A DNA stretch of 64,000 bases from Dicyema japonicum (GCA_011109175.1 RDEW01000005.1:1174657-1238656); one strand, 5' to 3'; counted from the first letter of the stretch, positions 1-14,473 are shown. Made by a program: numbers and translations. The notes: a model not told the origin generated them from the sequence alone.

Positions 1-345
1 GGTGTGATTGTCAGCCGACTCTCAATACATTTAAACCGGTAAATTTAGGAGTAGTGGATTTCCCAGAAAGCTTGGTCTTTTGTAATAGGCAGATATCAAT
101 TTTATTCCTCTCCAAATATGAACTTAGTTCGGATGCCTTGCCTCTAACTCCGTTAATGTTCAGGCTAAGTATCTTTAATACCTTTGGTCCCGGATTCATT
201 ACAACATCTCCTGACATGACGAGTCTCCACCGGAAAAGTGCACGGACGTGTAGGAATTGCCGTTTTGGGGAACTCCTCTTGATTGTCATTGACAAATGGT
301 TTTAATCGCTAATTTTAATCGTTTTGAAATTTTATTTAACCCTCC
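1..345 (-). mobile_element. 5' end of an APE-type (Ingi/Vingi-like) non-LTR retrotransposon with a 2A-like motif before the APE domain; runs off the window edge
   Basis: ORF 11..295: LVMSGDVVMNPGP followed by the APE N-terminus KILSLNINGVRGK...IDICLLQKTKL. Confidence 0.8.
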
Positions 346-384
346 ATTCTATTTTAATCAAACAATTCAAGCTTAGTTAGTTAA

Positions 385-1200
385 AACACATATGCGTTAC
401 CAGTAAACACTGTTTATGGTTTCGCTTGTGCCATGTTTTTAGGATTATCCTTACCGCTAGTCTTTTCCATCCTTTTCGTTGTCGTGCTTGTTTCCTGATT
501 TGTCCAGATCATCCGCATTTATCAGTCGGCCCCCTATCACTGCGTAATCTTTTGCAAGTGTCATTGGAAGACAACTTCTTGGACGTCCTCTGAATGCAAG
601 AGATACAGTATGGTCGAAAAATTCTTCCATGGCAGCATTGCATGGTGTCTGTTCACCCATCCGTAGAATATGTCCAAAAAGGCGCAAGTAGGTTCAGACT
701 TATTGGTCCACAATCAGTCAGTCTGTATAATTTATTGTTTGAGATTTTCTTTGGCCAAGATTAGGAGTTTTCTTAGTTGGCCTCTGTGAAAAGAGTCGAG
801 TTGTTCCCTATCTTTCTTTGATGTACCCCAAGTACCTGCATTGTAAATGAAGACTAGTCAGACATATTCATTATATAAGCGTATCTTAGTAGGAATTTGA
901 TGATTTCTCATAAGAATAGATTATAATTTTTTGAGTGCTATGGTGGCTAATATCTTTCGTCGTGTGATATTTTCTGAATCGCCAAGTAACGATCTGAGTT
1001 TTCGGGTGTTCTTCTACTTCTCCTCAACACGGGTTGGTGTTCATTCAATAGTGGTTATTTCAGTTTGTCTTTATTGATTTTGAGGATAATTTACTCAAAG
1101 TTGTTTTCCCTCTCTTCATAATAACTTCTATAAATTCCCGATCTTCAGAAACGAAATCGACGTCATCCGCGTAAATAAGCTCCATGAAATGACTGTCTAT
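385..1200 (-). mobile_element. RTE-clade LINE, 3' part, degenerate
   Basis: RLFGHILR...FRGRPR C-terminal motif; YADDVDF (tacgcggatgacgtcgatttc) near 1155-1175; 3' end shared with 62460-62640. Confidence 0.8.
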
Positions 1201-1202
1201 CC

Positions 1203-1300
1203 AATTTCACTTCATTCTTTAACACTTCATTCATTCTTTAACACTTCAATTTCACTTCATTCTTTAACACTTCAGCGGATATCACTTCATTCTTTAACAG
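1203..1300. repeat. Short tandem repeat, about 4 imperfect copies of CACTTCATTCTTTAA
   Basis: Unit visible directly in the sequence. Confidence 0.8.
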
Positions 1301-1539
1301 AATAGTTTTCATAGTGTAATCTTCATCAGAGGATTTGGTCAGGGAGAGGTAGGAAGATCCCTTTCAACTACTGTGTCGTGTCAGAAGGACTCATCGCCTC
1401 ACGGGTGCGATCTGTTTGACAAAAATTGACTTTCTTTGAAGACTTCATTTTTCAGATTAGAACCCAAGACCTTCAGATCCGATGTCATCAGACGTTACGT
1501 TCAGCCGCGTTCCCAGTTGATTTACTCAAACTGAACTTT

Positions 1540-3052
1540 ATTTAACAAACAATAAAAAAGTTAATATATTTAATAATCAACAACCTTCCTCGCCTGCCTG
1601 TTCGCCAGCCTCCTCAGGCAGGTTCGATTCTGGTTGCTGAAACAACTACGAGAGCGTCTTGTCCAATTGAACTCTCTGCCCATATGGCATCTCAGGGCTC
1701 TGCCTACTATACTCCAGTGTCAGGCTCTCTAGAGTCCGCTTTAACACAGTGGACTGTAGATAGGCCTGGAGATTCCTATCTATTCCCAACTGCTTCAGAT
1801 AACCCTTGTGGTACTTTGTTGCAATTCCTTCCCACGTCATTACTATAGGAATAACGAGGACCTTGTAACCAAGAATCTACCCCATCTCGTTTGCAAGAAA
1901 GTCATACTTCCTTTTTTTCTCCACTTCCACAGTCTGCAAACGGTCTTGAGACGTGATGCCAACTTCTATGATAAGGACTTGGCCAGACTCCTTATCGTGT
2001 ACCACAATGTCCGGTTTATTGTGCTTGACTAGCACCGAGGTACGGATAACACTGTCTACCTTAATTTGGACCCTGGTGTTCTCTACTACAGATTGCACCT
2101 TATGAGTCCGCAACTTTCTGGTGTGGCGAATACCATACTTATTGCATAGTAGAAGATGAAGACTCCTTACTACCTCGTTGTGCCTCCACACATAGTCGTG
2201 GCAGAGCATGGATCCACATCGAGTGGCTAAATGATCAATCGACATGCTCCTTGACTTACAGTGGGGACATGTATTTGTTGATCGACCCCAAAAAATATTG
2301 CGGTCTTGCATATACGTGTACAACGCCTCCGATCGAGGTGAGTTGTCACCGTATTTTAGCCATATTGTCGACGACTTAAGGTCGACATGTGGGTTGTCCA
2401 ATGCTCTGAAGAGGACCTTATGAAGGCTTTTTAAGTTTATCTTTTCCATCAAATTATTATATTGTAATTCGATCAACGCCTTCACATTTACTAGTTCACC
2501 ATCATCAACACCATACTTAGATGACAAAAAAGGTCTGATAGTGGCTAGGTGGGTTGCCCGTGTTTTCTCGGTCGTTATTATGGCGTGCTTTCTAGCAGAC
2601 ACACTTGATCCAGCTATCAGGGTGTCGTGCATTCGCATTAGGATACGCTCACTTAGTTGGACTACTCCACACAGTCCACGGCCGAATTTATCACAGGGTA
2701 AATATAGTCTCTCCTTATTGGCTGCCAGCAGATGGACATGGTTCTCTCTGAGTACTCCACGGATCATAACATCTATCACATCATACTCTTTGGGCTCAAA
2801 CTCCACAACACCTATGTAGTAGTTTAGCAGCGAGACAGCATACTCATTTAATGCTAGGAACAAATTCCTTGAATTTAGAGACGTCTTACATAATAACGGT
2901 GCTCTTTTACGGATGCCTTCAGTAATTTGTCGCTTTGTCTCAGGCATTATAAGGGACTTTGGAGATTCGGTAACACCCAGATACTTATATCCATCGTGTT
3001 CCTCTAGGACTCTTACTAACTCGCACATACTTGCGTGTTAGTCACAGACTTA
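1540..3052 (-). mobile_element. R4/Dong-like RLE non-LTR retrotransposon, 5'-truncated, 3' end present
   Basis: YKYLG (RT end), CPHC...DHLATRC zinc knuckle, RHNEVV, HNKPDIVV...IIEVG restriction-like endonuclease; near-identical copies at 11805 and 41320. Confidence 0.85.
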
Positions 3053-3133
3053 CTCAAACTGATAATATTAAAATATTTAAAATATTATTAAAATTATATA
3101 TATTAAAAATATTACCACGGTAATAAAAACTTA

Positions 3134-4171
3134 ATGGCGGTTCCATTGTCCAACACAAAATTAAGAGTTCCAAAAGGTTTTCGATCTCTTTTGGAGTGTT
3201 TCGCTAAAGAAGTACTAAGAGATCAACCCAAAGATATCTATGAGTATGGTGCCAAATATTTCACAGATCTATTTGAAATTAGAAATGGTATTTTATATAT
3301 TAAAAAGAAACTAATTATGATCCTACGGAATTGGAGGATGAAATGGATGACGATTACTATAATATAAAGGATTTTGATGTTATTAATATATTCAATTTAG
3401 GTCCCTGGAATGAATAAACGAACTGATGATACTCCACAAGAATTAGATCATATATTATATCCCACTTTGGTTCCTGACTCTTTAGTTCAAGTTAACGACC
3501 TCAAAGAGTCGGTTGAAATGGATATCAAAGAAGTTGTTGATCAACAGGTAATTTATTTCTATTTCTTCAGAAAAGTGAAGAAAGTGTCGAAAACACACTC
3601 GGAGTCAATGTTATAGTGCATGTTGATGTATTACAGGTAAACATTCAAGAAGAAAGAACGGAAGAACCTCCATATCTTCCAGAAGCAGCACAGCCTCAAA
3701 ACACAACTGAGGTTTACGATGAAGGCTTTGGAGAGGAAAATGTTAATTTTTATTATTGATTCAGGCCAGACCAGATGAAGTTGTAAACATCAGTGAATCA
3801 GCTGCAGAAACTTTACAAGTTTCGTGATTTTCAAAATGTAGAACATAAATGATGAGGAAACAAAAACTGAAAATGAGTTACCAACAAACTACAAAGAGAC
3901 TCACAGCATTGAGAAAGAAGCCTCTGTGATTAATTCAAATAATCCAGTATTGTTGATTAAAAACTTTTAGGAAGAAGTAACCGATGTTAAAGCAGTCCAT
4001 GAGAACATAAATGAAGAAGTAGAACCTGATAGAAATACTATAAATGAAGAGATAGGTGCTACTGAATTGGCTTCTGAGAATGTCTCTGGTAATGCGGAAG
4101 ATGTCGAAAATAAGGAAATTTCGAATGAGAATTTTAAAGGTGAAATTTCACTTATTTTAGAAAATGACTAA
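3134..4171 (+). CDS. SPA17: Sp17-like RIIa dimerisation/docking-domain protein with a long acidic tail; about 7 introns of 20-24 nt
   Basis: MAVPLSNTKLRVPKGFRSLLECFAKEVLRDQP; splicing the 20-nt intron 3288-3307 gives RNETNYDPTE...YYNIKDF, matching Sp17; further introns 3379-3400, 3548-3570, 4140-4160; TAA at 4169-4171. Confidence 0.8.
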
Positions 4172-4329
4172 CAATTAACTAAAATTAATTAATATATTTA
4201 AATTAATCATAGACTCACCAATAATCATAAATAAATAGAGCTTTGTGAGTTTTCGATGTGGTTCACCTTCGCGTGGAGAAAATTTGATACCATTATCAAT
4301 CTGGCAACTAAAAGAACCACAATTATTCC

Positions 4330-4607
4330 CCAACCCCCCTGTCATATAATCCATTCCAAATTACATTCCAGATTTTGTTGATGGTACGAGCTAATAATGC
4401 CATTGTGGATTAAGGAATAAGTATATAGAGTGTATTAAAAGAGTACCTGACGGTGTTGTTGCCAAATGGAAACCTAAACTCTGGGCAAGAAACAGGTAGG
4501 CCACCCTTCTAAAGGACGTGGAGAAGTGAAGTTCAAACGGTTCTCTTTAGTGCAAAACTTGGACCGAGCGCCAGAACAACAGGTGAACCGCATGCCGCCA
4601 CGCTAAA
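4330..4607 (-). mobile_element. Divergent relative of non-autonomous family A
   Basis: Starts TAGCGTGGCGGCATGCGG (the 5' signature) and shares internal AGGGTGGC and GCCCAGWG motifs; the downstream boundary is a guess. Confidence 0.45.
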
Positions 4608-5559
4608 AAATTCAAAACAAGAATCAGGTTGACTGTCTATGATATATAATGCGACTACAAGTAACATAATCACTGATACCAGAACAACCTAGCTCAAAGT
4701 TTCAAGTGACAGTGGGGTCACCAGGCGAAACATTTCGGGAGATACACTACAGGGATACCTTGGTCTTTTATTCCCGGATTATCAATCTAGAGTTTACCTT
4801 ACTCGTGTCAGCGTATTAAATTAGATGAGAAAGCAAATTACTACTGGACCTCCATGCGAAATAGTTCACGATCCCAAGACAGATATTCCACAAGGGAAAG
4901 CTAGAACAACCAACATATTCCTTATTAATGAGAAGAAAATTAGAAATGATAAATTCCTAAACTTTAGTGGATATAAATCATGAAATTTACAGGAGGCGCG
5001 GTTGCATTATTTTATTTTATGTGATCTGAGGATGACCGTGCTATATTATTTTATGGCAATCGAGATTTTCTGCTCATCTTCATGGATCTTGGTCGGAAGC
5101 CTCTAGTTGAAGTCCTTAATACTTGTTTAATGAGATTGCAAATATCTTGTCATTAAACTGTGATGCTATCCTTGTGGGAGACTAGAAATCCAAACACATC
5201 AACTTTAGATGTTGGAAACCAAGGTGGACATTTCTGAAGACTTTTTATAATATTAAATTTGAAGTTTTATTTGATTACCAACTTGTTTTGTCTATGTTCG
5301 TTCAAAAATTGCACGGTGGAGATAGTACTGCACGAGTTGACATTATCAGATTGAAAATTAGGTTGTTGCTATAAAGTCAGTTTTAATTCCAATAGAAAAG
5401 GTTCCAATGCATCTCCTCCAGGATACCAGCCTGAGAGCGGTTTATATCCTCAATATAATTTTAAATGGTTAAGGTCTGTTAAATCAATGATTAAGTCAAT
5501 TAGAGATTATCTGATTCAATTTTTTTTGTTAAAAGAAAATTGAGGGAAGGGGTGTAAAA

Positions 5560-8500
5560 ACAATTGAATTGAAAGCTACGAGAGACAAAAGGTGTGTGGG
5601 TAGGGAGTCATCAAGAGATAAACAAATCCCAGATGAATCAAAATTTTTGTCGGGTGTGTAAATAGAGAGAAATCATTTGAAATAAAACGGCGTCTGTAAA
5701 ATTAACATAGAATTATAAATTTCGCATTTATCCTTGTTCGGTTAAAACAATTTCAGAACAAGGCGGGAACCAATGGCTCTAGATATTTAAAGACGTTATT
5801 TGAGGAGGGCATCCAAGGACTACGACGTCTAGGTAACAAAGGTTGAGAGGGAAACGGGAAGAAATTGGCGGAACTACTCAACTCTATGTTAATAAAAAAA
5901 GAATACCCCGCTCTTGGATCCGAACTATTAATAGCAATACATAAACCTAACAAGCATGGCCGATATATTTTTTGATTCTGTTTTTCTACACATGCCTGTC
6001 GTTAAAAAAGCTCCTACTAAGAGAATTACTAACATCAAAAAGACTACCTCTGGAGAGGTTTTAAAGGAGAATTGTATTGAAAACTTTAAGACTACCTCTG
6101 GAGAGGTTTTAAAGAAGAGTTGTATTGAAAACGTTAAGAATCTGTCTCTGGAACCTGCTTTTTAATACTCTGGGAGTGCTTTTATACAAATCTCTGTTAC
6201 GTTAAATATGGGAGCCATCAAAATCTCCAACGTACTGTACTCGTTCGACCCGACATGGTCTATCAGATTGAGCCAAAAAGGCTCCAGGATCTTCCGCCTC
6301 GAATTCACGAAGGAGGAGGACAGAAGGAACTTTTGTGAACCAGTGAATGCCTGAAGCAATGTCACACAAATGTTTTGAAGCAAGGACTAAAAATAGTGCA
6401 TTGAATGCCCGATCCCTAGGGAAAAGGCATAATGAACTAGCACTACTTGCGAGGGCCTCCAAGATCGACATCTTGGTAGTCAATGAGACGAAATTAAAGA
6501 AAGCGAAGAGTAATATAATGACTGGATATTATTCTGTAGATATTTTATGGAAGGCTGGAGCAGTTGTTGGTATGGGAACGTTTATTTTCTACCGGGACTG
6601 CCTTCGAATTCGTAATCCAAAATCATTTGTGATGTATTGTGTGAATTTGTAAGCATGGACGTTTGTTGCGACGGAGTATGGATGAGTGTTGGAGGTCTAT
6701 ACTCCAAGAATCTTGAGACTTGTTCTACAGATATCACTGAGTTCTACAACAAATCCCTACACTATCTTAATTGGCGATCTTAATTCGAAGAACAGAAGTT
6801 ATGGTTGTAGCAAGACAAATCAGAATGGACGACGTTTGGAATTATTGTCTGATTTATGTGGCTTTGTGATCGTCAAATGACCCAAATCATTTTTCTTATC
6901 ATATGGGCGACAAACTCGGCGTAGTCATATCTTCACAAAATAGACGGGGAATTCATATCAGCCAGAATCAGATGATGAAGGAAGCAATATATGGAAGGAG
7001 AAGACTGGAGGGAGAAGACTGACCGGAAGGCTGAGGCTGCGAAAATTAATATGAAGAATCAGTCTTTTTGGAATGCTATCAGAAGATAATGTGTCGAAGT
7101 CGGGTGCAGAAAAATTATATTGAATAAACCAGACGGGGGAGTATGCAAAACGGAGGAAACACTTTCGATATTCAGGGATCAGCTCCAAAAAATTCAGGGT
7201 GTGGATCCGTGGAGTTTGATCCCTGATGACAAAAGAAGGTGTCTGCAGATATATTTAAACACTCCGACGAGGAACTGCCTATTGCTGAAAGCACTGTCAG
7301 CGTCTTTGAAGTGATGACAGCTATCAGGGAATGCTAGGTCAATGCTCCAGGATATCAATGAAACTTATCAAAGAGGGTCCGGATATATTATTTGACTATC
7401 TGCAATGTTTTTATGATAGTGTTTACGACTTGGCCACCTCTCTAATATGAAAGAGAGCTGTTGTGAGGATGATTCCAAAACCATGGAAGCCAAAGAGTGA
7501 TCCGGCAAGCTACAGACCAATTAGCTTAATATGTTCTTTCGCGAAAGTGATTGAACGTATCATTTTCAAAAGGCTAAGCAGACATATAGAAGAGAATGAC
7601 TTTCTGATTCCGGAGCAGTGGGTTTTCGTCCCGGAAGAGGCTGTGCAGATGTTTCTTTCTACTGAATTCTGAAATCATGAAAGCAAGAAATTCCAAGAGG
7701 CAAATAAACTTATTATGTCTTGATATCTCGAAAGCATTCGACAATGTATGCCATGAAGCGTTGTTAAAGCAACTTGTATCAGCATGTGTTCCAAGATACC
7801 TATTTGTTTGGCTAAGAAATTATCTTCAGGAAAGACAATCTTTTGCGAAGGTGTGTGGAATATATCTGATGCAATATCATTCAAGACGGGAGTACCACAA
7901 GGTTCGGTATTGAACCCTATTTTGCTTAATATATTCCATGGCGAGTTGTCCACGTCCGAGGAATATTAATACTAGTTTTCTTATTTATGCGGATTACGTA
8001 ATCGTGGTGGACACATCTCTAAAATCTTCTATCTCTTAAGGAAGAATCCGGGAGTATGTGACCAGATTGGTGCAACTTGAGAAGGCTAAAGCTCTCTGCT
8101 GAAAAATCTTGCACACTCCGAATAAGCATGTGAAAAAGCACCTGAAACAAGAATACACACTGGGAGTAAACAATGCACACAGTCTGCGCTACCTGGGGGT
8201 AGACTACGACACGCAGGAGATTACATGGACGACATAAAGGGGAGGAGAAAGAGAGTTTTTCAGTCGCTTTATGTACACGAAAGTTAGCCGCGACACCTAC
8301 CTGTTCATCTTCAAGGGAGTTATACTTCCTAGCCTACTTAATGGATGCGAAGGGTGGTTCTTCTCTCCGAAGAGGGAGAAGATCCCTCCTAGAGAAGATT
8401 AGGAGAGCTGCAATTAAGCTCTCCTTAAACAAGAAGCTGAGAGACTGTCTAAGCGAGGACGAAAAAGCTCTTAGAACCGATTAGCAGGATTTTGGAGGAT

Positions 8501-8590
8501 TGGATCAATGGTTTCAGAAGGAGATCAAAGATCTAGGACACGTATATTAAACTGGGAGAAACGTCCAGAAAAAATTAATAAAAAAAAGGA
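5560..8590 (+). mobile_element. Degenerate APE-RT LINE (Jockey/I group), possibly with ORF1 remnants
   Basis: LNARSL...VNETKL, IGDLNSK, PASYRPISL, LDISKAFD, GVPQGSVL; A-rich tail near 8570-8587; 48-bp tandem duplication at about 6040-6137. Confidence 0.8.
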
Positions 8591-8949
8591 GGAAGGGTCC
8601 CGGTGTGGAGTCCAAACCTTCTGGTAGGACTCATGTAATACCTTCCAGAAAACTCCTTAAATTTTGTTAATAAATCGTTGTTGTTGTAACAAGCATGCTG
8701 GTGGTCCTGTTGAAAACCTAAGTCCAATAATCCTGCTGACGGAAACTTCTGGCATTAGTTACGTTGAACCGAATCAGAGAACAAGTAGACAACAATAATC
8801 TATCCTTTAGTCACAGTAAATTCAGGAAAGATCAGATCCACTGCGGATGTAGTATGGGGGCCACAATATATTTCCATTTTAAATAACAAAGAAATTAGTA
8901 AGAAAATAGAGTCCCAATTAAAATAGTCCAATTAAGAAATGATGATTTG

Positions 8950-10200
<1,251 letters not shown>

Positions 10201-10204
10201 TCAG

Positions 10205-10238
10205 TATTTATATTGCAATTATTAATTTCCAAATTTGG
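10205..10238 (-). promoter_or_regulatory. Actin-1 promoter: TATA box and CArG (SRF) box
   Basis: TATAAATA on the minus strand at 10205-10212; CCAAATTTGG at 10229-10238; same spacing as in copy 2. Confidence 0.75.
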
Positions 10239-10339
10239 AATTTACGATTTCAGGTGTTCATAATCCTATTATGATAATCTTAACAATCGGTTTTTGTATG
10301 AGGCGTAAGTTTATCATCCAGTATTTTTATTCTGTTTTC

Positions 10340-11800
10340 AATTTCTACTTTTCAGAAACACAGTTTATTTGGAATGCTACTGTTGATGGAATAAAGAAGG
10401 CAACTTTCGAGGTGCTTGGGGATAAAAGGCCGGAAGGATTTAAAGGGGTTTTCGATCACGAAATTGGATTATTATCAATTAAACAAAAAAATTGCGGCTG
10501 AGAATAGAATCGTGTACAAATAATGAGATTTACAAAGAGTTAAGAGAAAGAAATCGTATTGTCAAGGAGATTAGAAGGAGGAAGAAGGAAATTTATGTCA
10601 AGAAAATTGACAAACGTGTCAGTGAAATTGAGAAGTTGGGATACTGAACACAAATGTTTCGAGCAGTTCGCCTTTTGCAGAAGGGAATTCAACCTACGAA
10701 TATTTGTAATCACGACAGTCAAGGAAGAAATGTATTGAATGATAAAGAAAAAACTGAGATTATTGCCGAACATTTTTCAGGATAAAACCTCATATGTGGA
10801 ACCATTTGAGAAATCACCAAGAAGCCTGAATCTACTGATTTCTACAGAGGAAACTAACCTGGCAATCATTAAATTAAACAACAACAGGGGGACCAGACAA
10901 CATACATGGAGAAATGATTAAGTATGCACCAGGTGAACTGACAACCCTCATTACAAAGATTTTCAATTAGGTATTTGAGACGCATTCCCCCTTGAAATCT
11001 GGTGATGAAATTTTGATTCCTCCGCATAAACCAGGAAAGAGCAAGGGACCGATAAAAAATCAAAGACCTGTGATATTATGGGAACATTGAGGAAGATACT
11101 ATCTTCTGATATTTTTTGATGTTTATGAATTATTGTCGACGGGACAAAGTGGGTTCAGAAAGGGACGCTCGACCGCAGATGCTGTTTGGTCCCACAAGTG
11201 GATATGTGCCATGTGTCAACGATACAGGAGTGATTTTAAGATTTTGGGAGTGGACATGTCCAGTGCGTTTGACACTGTCAACAGAAAAACATTGTCGGAC
11301 GTTGCTGGGAGTTTACTTGATGAGGATCACACAAGACTTGTCCGTTTCCTATTATCAAACACTAAATTAACTGTACGAGTTGGGAACACAAGATCGAAGC
11401 CTTTCGGGACAACAGTTGGAATACCTCAGAGAGACTCTCTATCTCCAGTTCTATTAGTCGTATACCTGGAAGCGGCATTGAGAGCTCTTAGAACAAAATG
11501 TGAAAACTGCATGCCGATGGAGATTATATATGCAGAGACATAGATTTGTGTCAGAAAATGATCTGAAACTTGGACTTGCTTAGTAAAAAATCCATGGAGA
11601 ATTAAAGAATTGGTCTCTGTGAGTTAATCAGGAAAAGGCTGAACACATAAAAATCACAAGGGAATTAAAATATATTGATGAAAATTGGAGAAAAAAAGAA
11701 ATTGGGATCCTTAGTTAGTGATAGTAAGGACATGATGTATAGAAGAGCCATGTATAAGAAAATGCAGAAGATATGGAGTCTAATAAAAACAAATCTAAGA
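10340..11800 (+). mobile_element. RTE-clade LINE, degenerate
   Basis: QSGFRKGRSTADAV, GVDMSSAFDTV, GIPQRDSLSP. Confidence 0.85.
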
Positions 11801-11804
11801 ATAA

Positions 11805-13055
11805 ACTATTTATCGATGACCTGAAGATGTATGCTCGAACAGCCGAGAGCTCTACTTCATGGGGGTCTGCGCCAGGGAATTCTTTGAGAGTATAGGACTA
11901 GATTTGTATTATTCAAAGTCTGCGACTAACACGCAAGTATGTAGCGAGTTAGTAAGAGTCCTAGAGGAACACGATGGATATAAGTATCTGGGTGTTACCG
12001 AAACTCCAAAGTCCCTTATAATGCCTGAGACAAAGCGACAAATAACTGAAGGCATCCGTAAAAGAGCAGCGTTATTATGTAAGACGTCTCTAAATTCAAG
12101 GAATTTGTTCCTAGCATTAAATGAGTATGCTGTCTCGTTGCTAAACTACTACATAGGTGTTGTGGAGTTTGAGCCCAAAGAGTATGATGAGATGGATGTT
12201 ATGATCCGTGGAGTACTCAGAGAGAACCATGTCCATGTGCTGGCAGCCAATAAGGAGAGACTATATTTACCCCGTGATAAATTCGGCCGTGGACTGTGTG
12301 GAGTAGTCCAACTAAGTGAGCGTATCCTAATGCGAATGCACGACACCCTGATAGCTGGGTCAAGTGTGTCTGCTAGGAAGCACGCCATAATAACGACCGA
12401 GAAAACACGGGCAACCCACCTAGGCACTATCAGACCTTTTTTGTCTGCTAAGTATGGTGTTGATGATGGTGGGCTAGTAAATGTGAAGGCGTTGATCGAA
12501 TTACAATATAATAATTTGATGGAAAAGATCAACTTAAAAAGCCTTCATAAGGTCCTCTTCAGAGCATTGGACAACCCACATGTCGACCTTAAGTCGTCGA
12601 CAATATGGCTAAAATACGGTGACAACTCACCTCGATCGGAGGCGCTGTACACGTATATGCAAGACTATTTTTGTGGTAGATCAACAAATACATGTCCCCA
12701 TTGTAAGTCAAGGAGCATGTCGATTGATCATTTAGCCACTCGGTGCGGATCCATGCTCTGCCACTACTATGTGTGGAGGCATAACGAGGTAGTAAGAAGT
12801 CTTCATCTTCAACTATGTAATAAGTATGGTATTTGCCACACCAGAAAGTTACGGACTCATAAGGTGCAATCTGTAGTAGAGAACAACAGGGTCCAAATTA
12901 AGGTAGACAGTGTTATCCGTACCTCGGTGCTAGTCAAGCACAATAAACCGGAAAGTGTGGTACACGATAAGGAGTATGGCCAAGTCCTTATATAGATTGG
13001 CATTACATTTCAAGACCGTTTGCAGACTGTGGAGTGAAAAAAAGGAAGTATGACT
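11805..13055 (+). mobile_element. R4/Dong-like element, copy 2, truncated at both ends
   Basis: 378-aa ORF nearly identical to 1877..3028. Confidence 0.85.
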
Positions 13056-14290
13056 TGTGTTAAAGAATAAAAATCTGATCATATATGATGCATCCTCTTT
13101 TAGAATACTCTCCAGTACGTGCATTAGTTTTTTGCGATTGATAGTATCTAAAGCACGGGAAAGGTCAATCCCAAGGATTGAGATTTCTTCTTTTCGTTTC
13201 TGGCACATTGCACACACCATCTGTGGCTCCATACAACGTCTGTCGTCGACCTACCAGGTCTGAATCACTTTGACTTGGGTTCAAGATCTCATTTACAGGG
13301 CCTAAAATAATATCCAGCACAACAAGGAAGAGTATTTTCCTTATCGTATTCATTAGTGTAATCGGACGTAGACTGCTTAGATTTCTTTTTTTCTTTCCAG
13401 GTTTCTGAATTCGAATCAAGTTGCCATTCCCCACATCAAATGGACTGTGCTATTTGAACGTCCTGTTCAGGATTGTGCAGATTAACTCAGCCACTTTGTC
13501 TGCCGCGTATTTCAATAATTCTGCACTCACGTTCTCCGGTCCAGGGGCTCACCTATTCTTGAGCTCATCCAAGGCTGAAACGACTTCTAATGCGTCATGT
13601 TTTGATTCAGGTCTCTGGAAATTCCTTCGAACGGTTCCAAATGTTCATTGAGATTTAGTCGTTTTTTGTAGAAAGCGGCAATTTTATTTGCTGATTCCTG
13701 GCCGTTGATTATTACTTTTCCTGTATCATCAAGAACTGTGATTCTTTCCGGTCTGGTGTTGCGGGATAATTGTTTAACACCAGCAAACATTCTTGCACCA
13801 TGTTTGTACCGTTCGGCGTCTTTTGTCAAATTATCCAGTGTATGCCGGGCTAGTTCTCTCACTCTTTTCTTTATTTTGTATTTGATTCTGTTGCGTTCTC
13901 TTTTAAGAATCAGTTTGGCTTGTCGAGTTTGACGACTCGATTAAGAGTCGGAGTTTCCTTTGGTTTTTTGACAGTTCTTCTATTTCTTTGTCAAACTTGA
14001 ACCTCCTTGGGCGATTTCCCAGTATCATCCCAGCAGTCTGCCTGACTCTGAAGAAATATTCTTCCAAAGCAGCACGGGTGATATATTCGTGTCGACATTT
14101 TCCAACAGTTTCGATATTTTCTCGACGTACTTTTTACGGGTATTGCCGGAAGCACATAGAACCTCCACGGCCAAGTTCCTGCCCCGTACGAGTTGCCAGT
14201 GCTCTGGAGATTCCAAAGCGTCGCTTTAGAATGAGACGTGTTACTAGTAGTCTGTGACCACTCGAGGTCATCATGCCACTGTACGTACGG
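13056..14290 (-). mobile_element. RTE-clade LINE fragment (APE end to RT)
   Basis: SRTYSGMMTSSGHRLL, SLRPITLMNT, GIDLSRALDT. Confidence 0.8.
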
Positions 14291-14400
14291 GAGGAGGACC
14301 AAAGAATACTCTTCATTTCTTTATCTTTTTGTTGGGTGTGAGTCCTTTATGGACGTTCCGCAGTTAAATTTTCACTGATGACGACGTCACTCGTCAAACC
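14290..14400 (-). repeat. Short interspersed family B, partial copy
   Basis: TTGACGAGTGACG..GTCATCAGTG..ACTGCGGAAC..AAAGGAC..GAAGAGTATTC matches 53510 and 60120. Confidence 0.75.
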
Positions 14401-14473
14401 AGTTATAATATGACGGCAGTTAATGATTTGATTGCTGTTTATTTTTACAAAAAATTTGTTATTAGTATTAACT

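Noticed and set aside
1203-1300. CRISPR-like array
   Set aside because: A simple tandem repeat without unique spacers, in a eukaryotic context with no cas genes
2541-2819. Antisense ORFs over TEs and actin (e.g. 2541, 12149, 25564, 9786)
   Set aside because: Shadow frames of real coding sequence; they recur only because the sense sequence is duplicated
14370-14400. CTGATGA hammerhead-like core in the antisense of family B, and at about 39030
   Set aside because: No correctly placed GAAA, stem III and UH cleavage triplet could be built
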